Virus record (IMG/VR): IMGVR_UViG_3300048575_000082
Location: 1-36,915 of that record
DNA: 36,915 nucleotides
Source: a virus
Strand: one strand, 5' to 3'
Below the pieces are notes generated by a model that worked only from the letters and a program-made list of their open reading frames with translations, was not told the origin of the DNA and did no database searches. Shown here one piece after another: positions 26,508 to 33,438 of this stretch; position 1 is the first letter of the stretch, and each line of letters starts with the position of its first letter. A program made the position numbers and the translations under genes.

Positions 26508-26870
26508 TCAGTACCTCGAATCCCAGTAGTCTCGCTTCTCGTCGTACTCAATGATGAAATCCTCGATGGTCTCCCGGAGAGTGTCCTTCCAGGAGTTGGT
26601 GCGCTTGACGATTGGCATCTTGCCCGACTTGAGGGGTCGACCATTGGCCCCGCCGAAGAGCCCGACGCGGATAGCATCTGAACCTACACCAGCGGCGCTC
26701 TCTGCCCCTTGGTGGACCGACGTGTAGACCCGGATGAACGTCTTGGGGCTCAGCTCGAGGTCATACGTCAGCTCCCCATAACGAACGGGGCCGGGCTTAG
26801 GGTCCAAGGCCCGAAAGGCTCGATTCAAGAAGAGCGTGATATCGCTCAGAGTGACCGCAACAAAGGCCAT
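26508..26870 (-). CDS. Phage-type hypothetical protein (120 aa; IRVYTS...G.DAIRV...KR..SW motif)
   Basis: ATG 2 nt after the helicase stop with GAGG upstream; globular alpha/beta pattern. Confidence 0.75.
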   Translation of the reverse strand: MAFVAVTLSDITLFLNRAFRALDPKPGPVRYGELTYDLELSPKTFIRVYTSVHQGAESAAGVGSDAIRVGLFGGANGRPLKSGKMPIVKRTNSWKDTLRETIEDFIIEYDEKRDYWDSRY

Positions 26871-26872
26871 GA

Positions 26873-29800
26873 CTACCTCGCATAGCTGGCGGGCACTTCC
26901 GCCAGGTTGCTGATGTATTCCACATCAAGCCCATGATCAACCCAAGTAGAGGCCGTCTTTGCGGCGCCCTCGGTACCCTCGGGGCTCTCGACATTCTGCC
27001 CAACCGTTAGCCCTGCTTCGATCACAAAGCGGCTCAGGCCGGTGTGTTTGCCCTGGGGCGGGCAAAGGACCGTGAGGCTCTCCGCCGCCCGTGTAAGGGC
27101 AACGTAGCCCAGATTGCGCTCCGCTTGGAGGTGCGCTTCCATCTCCTCCGGCGTAGGCGGAGCGTCATCCTTGCTAGGCTTCAGCTCGATGGGGAACTTG
27201 CCTGGCGCCATGACCACCGTAACGTCCCGCCATTCAGCACCCTTAACCGAATGGACCGTGGAAAGGATGATGCAGTCAGGTCGCTTCTGACGCTGATCAG
27301 GCGGCAAGGCGGCTTGAGCCTTCGCCCATTTGCCGAGGTCAACCCGGAGCTTGTCGGAGTTGTTTCGGATCCGGGTGAGCTTCTTGAGGAAACCCGCCGA
27401 GGTTGAGGGGTCGGTGCCCTCTTGGATGTCCGTGTTGTTCTGCTCGCTCAAGAGGTAGAGGAACTGCACGGCGCCTAGCCCCTTGGCAGGGTTGGGCGTT
27501 GAGGGCTTGACCGGAACCAAGTCGCCTTCAGGGGTCCGCTCCGGCTCGGCTACGACCTCTTCCTGCTCCTCCTCTTCATCATCCCCGAATACCGCGAGGT
27601 CCTCCGTGATCTGCTCACGGAGGGTCTTGGTCGTCGACACCTCACGGCGGAGGTCCTTGTCCCACATTGTAACCGTGGAGGAGACACCGTCGAGGATGGT
27701 GTTGATGACGTCGCTGGCGCCATTGCCCTCGTTGAGGGTCTCGCGGATCTTGACGACCTGCCCGCCCATTTCAAGGAGGGACCGGGTGAGCTGGTTGACG
27801 GTCTTATCGAAGACGAAGGCCGGGATCTTGGCGCGATAGGGTGTCTTGAGGGCAAGGGCAAGCTCTCGGGCGTAGCGCTCCTTCAAGATGAGGTCGAGCG
27901 GGTTGACGTCCTTGACGCTGCGACCCTCCATACGAGCCACGTCACCCAGGGTCTCTTCGACGATTTGGGCGACCTTGGCGGCGGAGAGGAAGAGCCCGCG
28001 ATCAGGTTTCATGAGGGCATCGGAGAGGCTCTTGACAGTCTTCTCGAAGTCCACCCCGTAGGCCAAGTCGACGTAGCCCAGGACCGTCTTCGATTCAGGG
28101 GAGTCGAAGAGGCCGCGACCGCCCGTTCGGGCATAGGGCATCTCAGCGATGCAGCAAGCCGTCTCGTAGTCGTCAAGCTCTCGGTTGGTTCGGGAGAGGA
28201 CCGCGTACTCGTCACGACGGCTCCCGTGTCCAATCGGGGGCTCCGTTGTGTCCTTCATGATGCGGCTGATCGTTCTAGCTGCGCCCGTGGCGTGATCCTC
28301 GGGAATGTCCACTTCAATGCTAGCCCGGCCACGCGGCTTGTCAGGGTTCGCTTGCGCCTCCATGGGGATCTGGTTGGTGTTGTTGGCCGCAAGGCGGTTG
28401 GCAGCCTCCACGATCTCGGGCGCGCAGCGATAGTTCGTCCGGATCATGCGGGTCGTCCAACCCTCCTTGTTGTGCAACCCCGAGAAGATCTCCGGGCGAG
28501 CCCCTCGGAATTGATAGATCGCCTGCTTGTCGTCACCGACGATCCAAAGGCTCTTTCCATCGGACCCATCCGTGATATGCTCCGACATGAGGTCGAATAC
28601 TTCGGAGTTGAGGAGGTTGCGGTCCTGGGCTTCGTCGACCAGGATGTGGTCAAACATCCCTTGGATTCTTCGACGCGCCTCGGGGTCACGGCGAAGAATG
28701 TCGCGAAGGATCCGGATCTGGTCGTCAAGGTCCCCAAGACGCTCACCACCGGGGCGGTAGTCCTTCATCCAATTGTCGAAGGACTTGCACACGCGGCAGG
28801 GAGGGTGCCACCCAGGTAGGTCGCCCTTGAGGCCAAGGTAGAACTCGTACCAAAGGGAGGCGATCTTCTCGGACTTGGATCGTGCATTGGCGCGGGCTTG
28901 CTTGTAGTCCACGTCGTTGCCCTTCCAGACGCCGACGAAGAGGTTGCACTTCTTCGCCTTGGGGATGTCTTCAAACCAGCTCGCGGGCCACCCTGTGTAG
29001 GCGGGTAGCGCCGAGGCGCATTGCTTGAAGATCCCCTGGATCGCCTTGGTCATGTTGATGGGCTTAGGCCCTTGCTTCGTGGTCTTGGTGGGCTCAGGAT
29101 CCGCAATGAGCCGTGCGTCGGTGAAAAGCTCTCGCTCTTCTGCCGTTCCGAATGCCGGGATTCCCCGTCGAACGTCGCCCCGGATGAACCGGGCGAAGAG
29201 GGCGTTCATGGTCCCAATGCTCATCTGGTCACGGGCGGTCTCTCCGACCTTGGCGGCGACCTTCGAACCTACCTCGTTGGCGGCCTTGGTGTTGAAGGAG
29301 CAAGCGAAGATCCGAGAGGGCTTGACGCCCTTCGTCTTGACCAGGTAGGCGATACGGGACACCAGCGTGGTGCTCTTGCCTGCCCCGGCGCCTGCGGCGA
29401 CCAGAACACGTCCGTCCGTGAGGGCGGCTGCCATCTGCTCGGGGTCAAGAGGGTAGCCGCTGTTGATGAATTCCGGAGGGATATTGCGGATGTCCGACGT
29501 GTCAGCCTTCTGGGCTGCGGCGACCGTCGTCGCAATGGCGATGGCTTCAGAACGCGTCACGGGAGCATCAGACTCTCCCGACTTGGTGATTCCCTTGGCG
29601 GCGGCGTGTTGTGCGTCGGCCTCGATCTGGCGGAGGGTATCTGCCTGCGCCTTCGTATGCCGGGCGGATTCCTCGGAGGCCGCCGTGGATCCGTCACGGG
29701 CAAGACCTACCTCGAGAAGGGTCTGGGTGGAGTCAGTCACCACCTTGGTAGCGGCTGCCACCGGATTGATGTCCGCTATGGGCAAGGGGCGTGCTGTTTC

Positions 29801-30325
29801 GGAAGCGAGGTCGATCCACCTCTCAAGCCGGGTGTTTCGGATATCGATCATCGCCAGCTTAGCAAGAGCCGCGTCGGAATCTTCCAGCATGGCGGCGTCC
29901 ATAGCCTCACGGATCTCCGTCCGGGCCTTGGTAGACTTGCCGAAGATGGCCTTGCTGGTAGCGGTACCGCCCCGGGAAAGGATCGTCCGGATCTTGAGCG
30001 TCCGGAGGGCCGCGCCCTTGGGGGTCGGGGGCAAGTTGATGGCGATCTCGAGCATGGAGAGGCTTGCAGGGTTCGTGACGCTTGCGGCGATCTCATTCTT
30101 GACGATGGCCAGGTGCTCACGGTCCGCAATGCGTAGAAGGGCTAGCCCTTGCTTGAGGATGGCGTCATCCGGATCGATATCAGTGTTGACCTTGAGGGAT
30201 CGGATCTCCTCGAGGTAACGCATGTAGGTGTCAAGGGCAAAGAGGAAGATGAGGTACTCGGCAACCTTAAGCTCGCCGATGCGCTCGTCGTCCAATTCAG
30301 TAGCCGTGTGGGGGGTGTTTTCCAT
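26873..30325 (-). CDS. uvrD: UvrD/PcrA/Rep-family SF1A DNA helicase with long N-terminal extension (1150 aa)
   Basis: All SF1A motifs intact: Q (LDPEQ), I (AGAGAGKST), Ia (SFNTKAANE), II (ILVDEAQD), III (VGDDKQAIYQFRGA), IV (NYRC), IVa (AVLSRTN), V (STVHSVKGAEW), VI (ERNLGYVALTRA). Start reassigned to ATG 30325 (AGGAG upstream). Confidence 0.93.
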   Translation of the reverse strand: MENTPHTATELDDERIGELKVAEYLIFLFALDTYMRYLEEIRSLKVNTDIDPDDAILKQGLALLRIADREHLAIVKNEIAASVTNPASLSMLEIAINLPPTPKGAALRTLKIRTILSRGGTATSKAIFGKSTKARTEIREAMDAAMLEDSDAALAKLAMIDIRNTRLERWIDLASETARPLPIADINPVAAATKVVTDSTQTLLEVGLARDGSTAASEESARHTKAQADTLRQIEADAQHAAAKGITKSGESDAPVTRSEAIAIATTVAAAQKADTSDIRNIPPEFINSGYPLDPEQMAAALTDGRVLVAAGAGAGKSTTLVSRIAYLVKTKGVKPSRIFACSFNTKAANEVGSKVAAKVGETARDQMSIGTMNALFARFIRGDVRRGIPAFGTAEERELFTDARLIADPEPTKTTKQGPKPINMTKAIQGIFKQCASALPAYTGWPASWFEDIPKAKKCNLFVGVWKGNDVDYKQARANARSKSEKIASLWYEFYLGLKGDLPGWHPPCRVCKSFDNWMKDYRPGGERLGDLDDQIRILRDILRRDPEARRRIQGMFDHILVDEAQDRNLLNSEVFDLMSEHITDGSDGKSLWIVGDDKQAIYQFRGARPEIFSGLHNKEGWTTRMIRTNYRCAPEIVEAANRLAANNTNQIPMEAQANPDKPRGRASIEVDIPEDHATGAARTISRIMKDTTEPPIGHGSRRDEYAVLSRTNRELDDYETACCIAEMPYARTGGRGLFDSPESKTVLGYVDLAYGVDFEKTVKSLSDALMKPDRGLFLSAAKVAQIVEETLGDVARMEGRSVKDVNPLDLILKERYARELALALKTPYRAKIPAFVFDKTVNQLTRSLLEMGGQVVKIRETLNEGNGASDVINTILDGVSSTVTMWDKDLRREVSTTKTLREQITEDLAVFGDDEEEEQEEVVAEPERTPEGDLVPVKPSTPNPAKGLGAVQFLYLLSEQNNTDIQEGTDPSTSAGFLKKLTRIRNNSDKLRVDLGKWAKAQAALPPDQRQKRPDCIILSTVHSVKGAEWRDVTVVMAPGKFPIELKPSKDDAPPTPEEMEAHLQAERNLGYVALTRAAESLTVLCPPQGKHTGLSRFVIEAGLTVGQNVESPEGTEGAAKTASTWVDHGLDVEYISNLAEVPASYAR

Positions 30326-30338
30326 GGCGTGTGGGCTC

Positions 30339-30346
30339 CTACACCG
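30339..30346 (-). promoter_or_regulatory. CGGTGTAG motif 13 nt upstream of the helicase ATG
   Basis: The same 8-mer precedes two other nearby start codons (31380-31387, 32117-32124). Confidence 0.45.
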
Positions 30347-30360
30347 AACTTGGCTGGGGA

Positions 30361-30693
30361 TCAACCATCAGGGCGGTATGCACGGATTTTCTCACCGCAC
30401 CGCTCACAAAGATTGATCCACTCCATGGCTTGCTTGCGCTCCGCCTGGCTTTCAATGGTCCCTTCCTTGAGCATCCGAAGGACCTCTTGGGGGCTCCTGC
30501 CACGGAAGGGGTTGGCGGAAAAGTTGCGGTAGGCTGGGTGCTGGGAGATATCATCCCCGGGCATTGCGGCGACCATGCCTCGTTCGAAGTCGGTGACGTC
30601 TTCGACGGGTGTCTCAACCCGGCCTTCGGCGAAGTCTCGAAACGTGGGGGCGCGGTACTGCTCAGGGATGAGATCCCGTAGAGTCTTCGGCAT
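30361..30693 (-). CDS. Hypothetical protein (110 aa) with a C-terminal CxxC
   Basis: ATG with AGGT directly upstream; tiles between neighbours; LCERCGE near the C-terminus. Confidence 0.65.
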   Translation of the reverse strand: MPKTLRDLIPEQYRAPTFRDFAEGRVETPVEDVTDFERGMVAAMPGDDISQHPAYRNFSANPFRGRSPQEVLRMLKEGTIESQAERKQAMEWINLCERCGEKIRAYRPDG

Positions 30694-30719
30694 ACCTGGG
30701 GAGATTCACAAGAGGAAGC

Positions 30720-31103
30720 TCATTTGATGTTGCTGGCCGCCGCGAAGCCAGAAACGAACGCCTTCATGCAATCCAGAGAGGCGAGCTTGATGCACTTGTC
30801 TGGATCGTCATAGTTCTTGAAGCGGTCCAGATTATCGTTGCGGGCTTCTATCGGAGTGATGTGCGGCGTTGCGTAGATGTAGACGAACTTAGTGTGTGGG
30901 TCCATGCGGCCCGAGAAGGCGAAGTGCGCGAATTCCGTGGTTAGCGCGAACAGGATGTTTTGAAGCGGCATCGAAAGGCGGCCCTGGGTGAGCGGCGGCA
31001 CCTCCCAGATGGCTTCCTGGTACTTGGGAGCCTGCTTCTTGCAAAACGCTGCTACACGGCGGTTGCGTTCTTCGTTGATGGCCTTGATTTCGATATCGTC
31101 CAT
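30720..31103 (-). CDS. Hypothetical protein (127 aa)
   Basis: ATG 3 nt after the upstream stop, GGAG Shine-Dalgarno. Confidence 0.7.
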   Translation of the reverse strand: MDDIEIKAINEERNRRVAAFCKKQAPKYQEAIWEVPPLTQGRLSMPLQNILFALTTEFAHFAFSGRMDPHTKFVYIYATPHITPIEARNDNLDRFKNYDDPDKCIKLASLDCMKAFVSGFAAASNIK

Positions 31104-31106
31104 GAT

Positions 31107-31370
31107 CTACTCCGCATCTGTGTAGCCCTGACAATACATCAGGAGCATTTCTTTGTCCTGGTATGCCGCCCAGGTCGTCTGATCAACCAAAATGAGATGG
31201 GTGTGACCACAATAGGCCATCACGTCCTCAAGGTGATCAACCCAATCGGTTACATCGTAGCCGTAAATCCGCTTCCGGACCTCCTCGGCCAAGGCGAAGG
31301 CGCGATCCCAATTGGGAGATGATGCGACGATCACGTAGGTACGGTCGTCAAGCTCACAGGTTCCAGGCAT
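31107..31370 (-). CDS. Hypothetical protein (87 aa)
   Basis: Tiles between neighbours; preceded by the CGGTGTAG motif and GGGGG. Confidence 0.65.
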   Translation of the reverse strand: MPGTCELDDRTYVIVASSPNWDRAFALAEEVRKRIYGYDVTDWVDHLEDVMAYCGHTHLILVDQTTWAAYQDKEMLLMYCQGYTDAE

Positions 31371-31379
31371 ACCCCCGGA

Positions 31380-31387
31380 CTACACCG
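31380..31387 (-). promoter_or_regulatory. CGGTGTAG motif 9 nt upstream of ATG 31370
   Basis: Exact copy in the 23-nt intergenic gap. Confidence 0.45.
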
Positions 31388-31393
31388 GAGGGA

Positions 31394-31711
31394 TCAGTTG
31401 ACGATGAGATTGCGGCAGCCGGTGACGTTGCCGGATCCGTCCCGGATGAGGTCCCCGGGGGAGGCCACGTCGTTGCGCCCTGGGACGGCGGATCGGACGA
31501 GGGCGCTGACAACGAAGAGGGTGCCGTCAGCGGGATCGGGGAGCCCCGCGACTTCACCATAGACGGTGCGGACGAGGGGGACGCCTTCGACTTCGCCAGC
31601 GGGGGTCGAGGTTGTAGCGCATCGGGCCACGGTCCCGCTTGGGGGAACGCTCACGACGCCGTTGGCGGTGACGAGGTTGAGGCTATGTGGGGTGAGGTTG
31701 ACAATGTTCAT
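31394..31711 (-). CDS. Conserved phage hypothetical protein of the 'NLTPH' type (105 aa)
   Basis: MNIVNLTPH...PPSG..AR...GLP.P..GT..VVS......R.DV..PG..IRD..G.V.GC pattern, which I recognise from small phage proteins of unknown function; AGGAG Shine-Dalgarno. Confidence 0.85.
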   Translation of the reverse strand: MNIVNLTPHSLNLVTANGVVSVPPSGTVARCATTSTPAGEVEGVPLVRTVYGEVAGLPDPADGTLFVVSALVRSAVPGRNDVASPGDLIRDGSGNVTGCRNLIVN

Positions 31712-31758
31712 CTGAATCTCCTGCGTGTTAGACGCAGGGACCCAGTTCCATCTGACAT

Positions 31759-31808
31759 GAAAAGAGACAGGGCGCCCCCGCGAGGGGGAGGAGCAGGGGC
31801 GCCCTATC
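31759..31808 (-). terminator. Rho-independent terminator candidate
   Basis: 16-bp stem (31793-31808 with 31766-31781) whose two mismatches are G-U wobbles on the minus-strand RNA, followed by UCUUUUC. Confidence 0.7.
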
Positions 31809-31856
31809 CTAGCTTGTCAGCCTGGAGGCTGTACTCAAGCTCGCTTGAAAAGGAGA

Positions 31857-32108
31857 TTACTTGTTGACATGGTGGAAGTGATCTTGATCCGCTCCAGACA
31901 TTTGGGACCAGCGCATAAACCCACGATTACGACACACGTCACACTTGGCGCCATAGCAGTACGGGCATTGGACGTAGTCCGCTTTAGGGTCAACACATTT
32001 GGCGTGACGGGCCTTCTCTCCTGGTTTCCATTCCACGTAGTCATAACCGGCTTCGATGGCCCTTTTGCAAACAGGGCACACGGAGTCGAACCGAGCTAGG
32101 ATGATCAT
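31857..32108 (-). CDS. Small double zinc-finger protein (83 aa)
   Basis: CPVC...HAKC followed by CPYC....CDVC...G (DnaJ-zinc-finger-like). Confidence 0.75.
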   Translation of the reverse strand: MIILARFDSVCPVCKRAIEAGYDYVEWKPGEKARHAKCVDPKADYVQCPYCYGAKCDVCRNRGFMRWSQMSGADQDHFHHVNK

Positions 32109-32116
32109 GAGCGGGT

Positions 32117-32124
32117 CTACACCG
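32117..32124 (-). promoter_or_regulatory. CGGTGTAG motif 8 nt upstream of ATG 32108; its TAG is the endonuclease stop codon
   Basis: Exact copy; no Shine-Dalgarno between motif and ATG. Confidence 0.45.
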
Positions 32125-33376
32125 GGAGGATGTCCAAGAGGCGCTCCCGAAGGTAGGATTCGTCCGTGTAGGGCTCATCCTCACGTAGGACCAAGAGGCG
32201 TAGGTCACCGGACTCCCGGATGAGGCGCTCCTTGATCCGATCCCGCTCAACCAAGGCATCGAAGATCGCCCGCTGCTTGATGAAGACGCTCGGGAACACC
32301 CAATGCTGGTAGCCGTGGAACTCCACCACGAGGGCGTGGCTTGAGAAGTATCCGTCGAAGCGGAAGCGGTACCCCGTAGGGGGATTGATGAAACGCATAG
32401 ATTCCCACTCCATCACGTAAGGGGCATCCCCAAGGACCCTCGACACGGCCTCAAGGCAGATCGATTGTCGGATATGGTGGTGGTAGGTGGGGAGACCGTG
32501 ACGATCACACTCACGTTTGATGACCTTGTAAGCGTGACCTAGCTTAACCATCGCTGTCCCAATCACCACCTTACCGTTGCCCAGCTTGAAGGCTTCCAAC
32601 ACATCACGTTCCAAACGGATGACACGCCTCTCAGCAGCGGCCTCCATACGCTCATCCGAAAGACGCAAGCCAAGTTCCTTCATGTACTTGGTGACCGTTG
32701 GCTCCGACAAGCCTAGCTCTTCCGCCATCGCCTTACGGTCAACCGCCCCCGTGGCATCAAGAAAGGGCGTGAAGTCAACATCCGAGAGGTCCGCTTTGAG
32801 ACCGTTCGAACAAGGCTGCCCCGTCTTGAGGGCGGATAGCTTCTCCGAGGTGCTCCTCAAGCTGGGGTGGTCCTCCTTGGTCAACCCCTTACTCCAAGAA
32901 GGCTGCCCCATACGGTGATCCGAAATGGCCTTGACACGCTCGTCCATGTCCTTCGTGAGACCGGCATTCCATCGGCCTGCGTTCGCGGACATTTTGGCGC
33001 GTGTCTCCTCCGAAAGCTTCCGCCCCTTGAGAGGTGACACCCTTGGGGGCGGAGGTGGTTTGGCAGCTTGAGCTACCGCAGCGTCCCTTGCCCTACAATC
33101 CGGACAACGGAGGTCCTTGGAGGCCGAGGTCAAGCCTACCTCGTAGGCAGCCCCACAAGGACACACGACCGTCTTCTTGAGCCCGGCCCGTGGCTTGTCG
33201 ACATGGCTTTGAACAAGGGCTGCCCGACGATTGGCCTCACATGCCTCCGAACGGATCCGCGCGCCGGGATGCTGCTCCCGATAGGCGTCCGCCGTGATGC
33301 CGTGGGCCGCTTTGAGGTGTCTTGCGAGGGTTTGGGCAGAATGCCCGCAAATGAGACAGGTGACGAGGTCTTCCAT
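32117..33376 (-). CDS. Free-standing homing-endonuclease-like protein: Ros/MucR-type C2H2 finger, Zn ribbon, NUMOD3-like repeats, HTH, C-terminal Vsr-like (EDxHD/DUF559-type) nuclease
   Basis: CLICG...LARHLKAAHGIT...Y; CPCG...CPDC; KGRKLSEETRAKMS, WNAGLTKD, WSKGLTKE; AMAEELGLSEPTVTKYMKELG; FRFDGYF...VVEFHGYQHW...DRIKE. Start reassigned to ATG 33376. Confidence 0.85.
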   Translation of the reverse strand: MEDLVTCLICGHSAQTLARHLKAAHGITADAYREQHPGARIRSEACEANRRAALVQSHVDKPRAGLKKTVVCPCGAAYEVGLTSASKDLRCPDCRARDAAVAQAAKPPPPPRVSPLKGRKLSEETRAKMSANAGRWNAGLTKDMDERVKAISDHRMGQPSWSKGLTKEDHPSLRSTSEKLSALKTGQPCSNGLKADLSDVDFTPFLDATGAVDRKAMAEELGLSEPTVTKYMKELGLRLSDERMEAAAERRVIRLERDVLEAFKLGNGKVVIGTAMVKLGHAYKVIKRECDRHGLPTYHHHIRQSICLEAVSRVLGDAPYVMEWESMRFINPPTGYRFRFDGYFSSHALVVEFHGYQHWVFPSVFIKQRAIFDALVERDRIKERLIRESGDLRLLVLREDEPYTDESYLRERLLDILPV

Positions 33377-33383
33377 GCAAGGC

Positions 33384-33411
33384 AAGATAGCAGCGGATCA
33401 CTAAGTGTCAA
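33384..33411 (-). promoter_or_regulatory. Sigma70-type promoter of the endonuclease gene (probably leaderless transcript)
   Basis: TTGACA (33411-33406), 16-nt spacer ending in TGc, TATCTT (33389-33384); the ATG follows 7 nt later with no Shine-Dalgarno. Confidence 0.75.
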
Positions 33412-33438
33412 CCACTATCTTGTCTTTTATCCCTGGAC

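Noticed and set aside
26945-26965. K/R-x-A-S motifs (KTAS in the helicase tail, RLAS in 24728..25513) as prohead-protease cleavage sites
   Set aside because: Too short and too common in Ala-rich proteins to support without the protease gene or proteomic data.
31725-31750. GGAACT...GTCTAA on the minus strand, resembling an ECF sigmaE promoter
   Set aside because: The spacer is only 10 nt rather than about 16.
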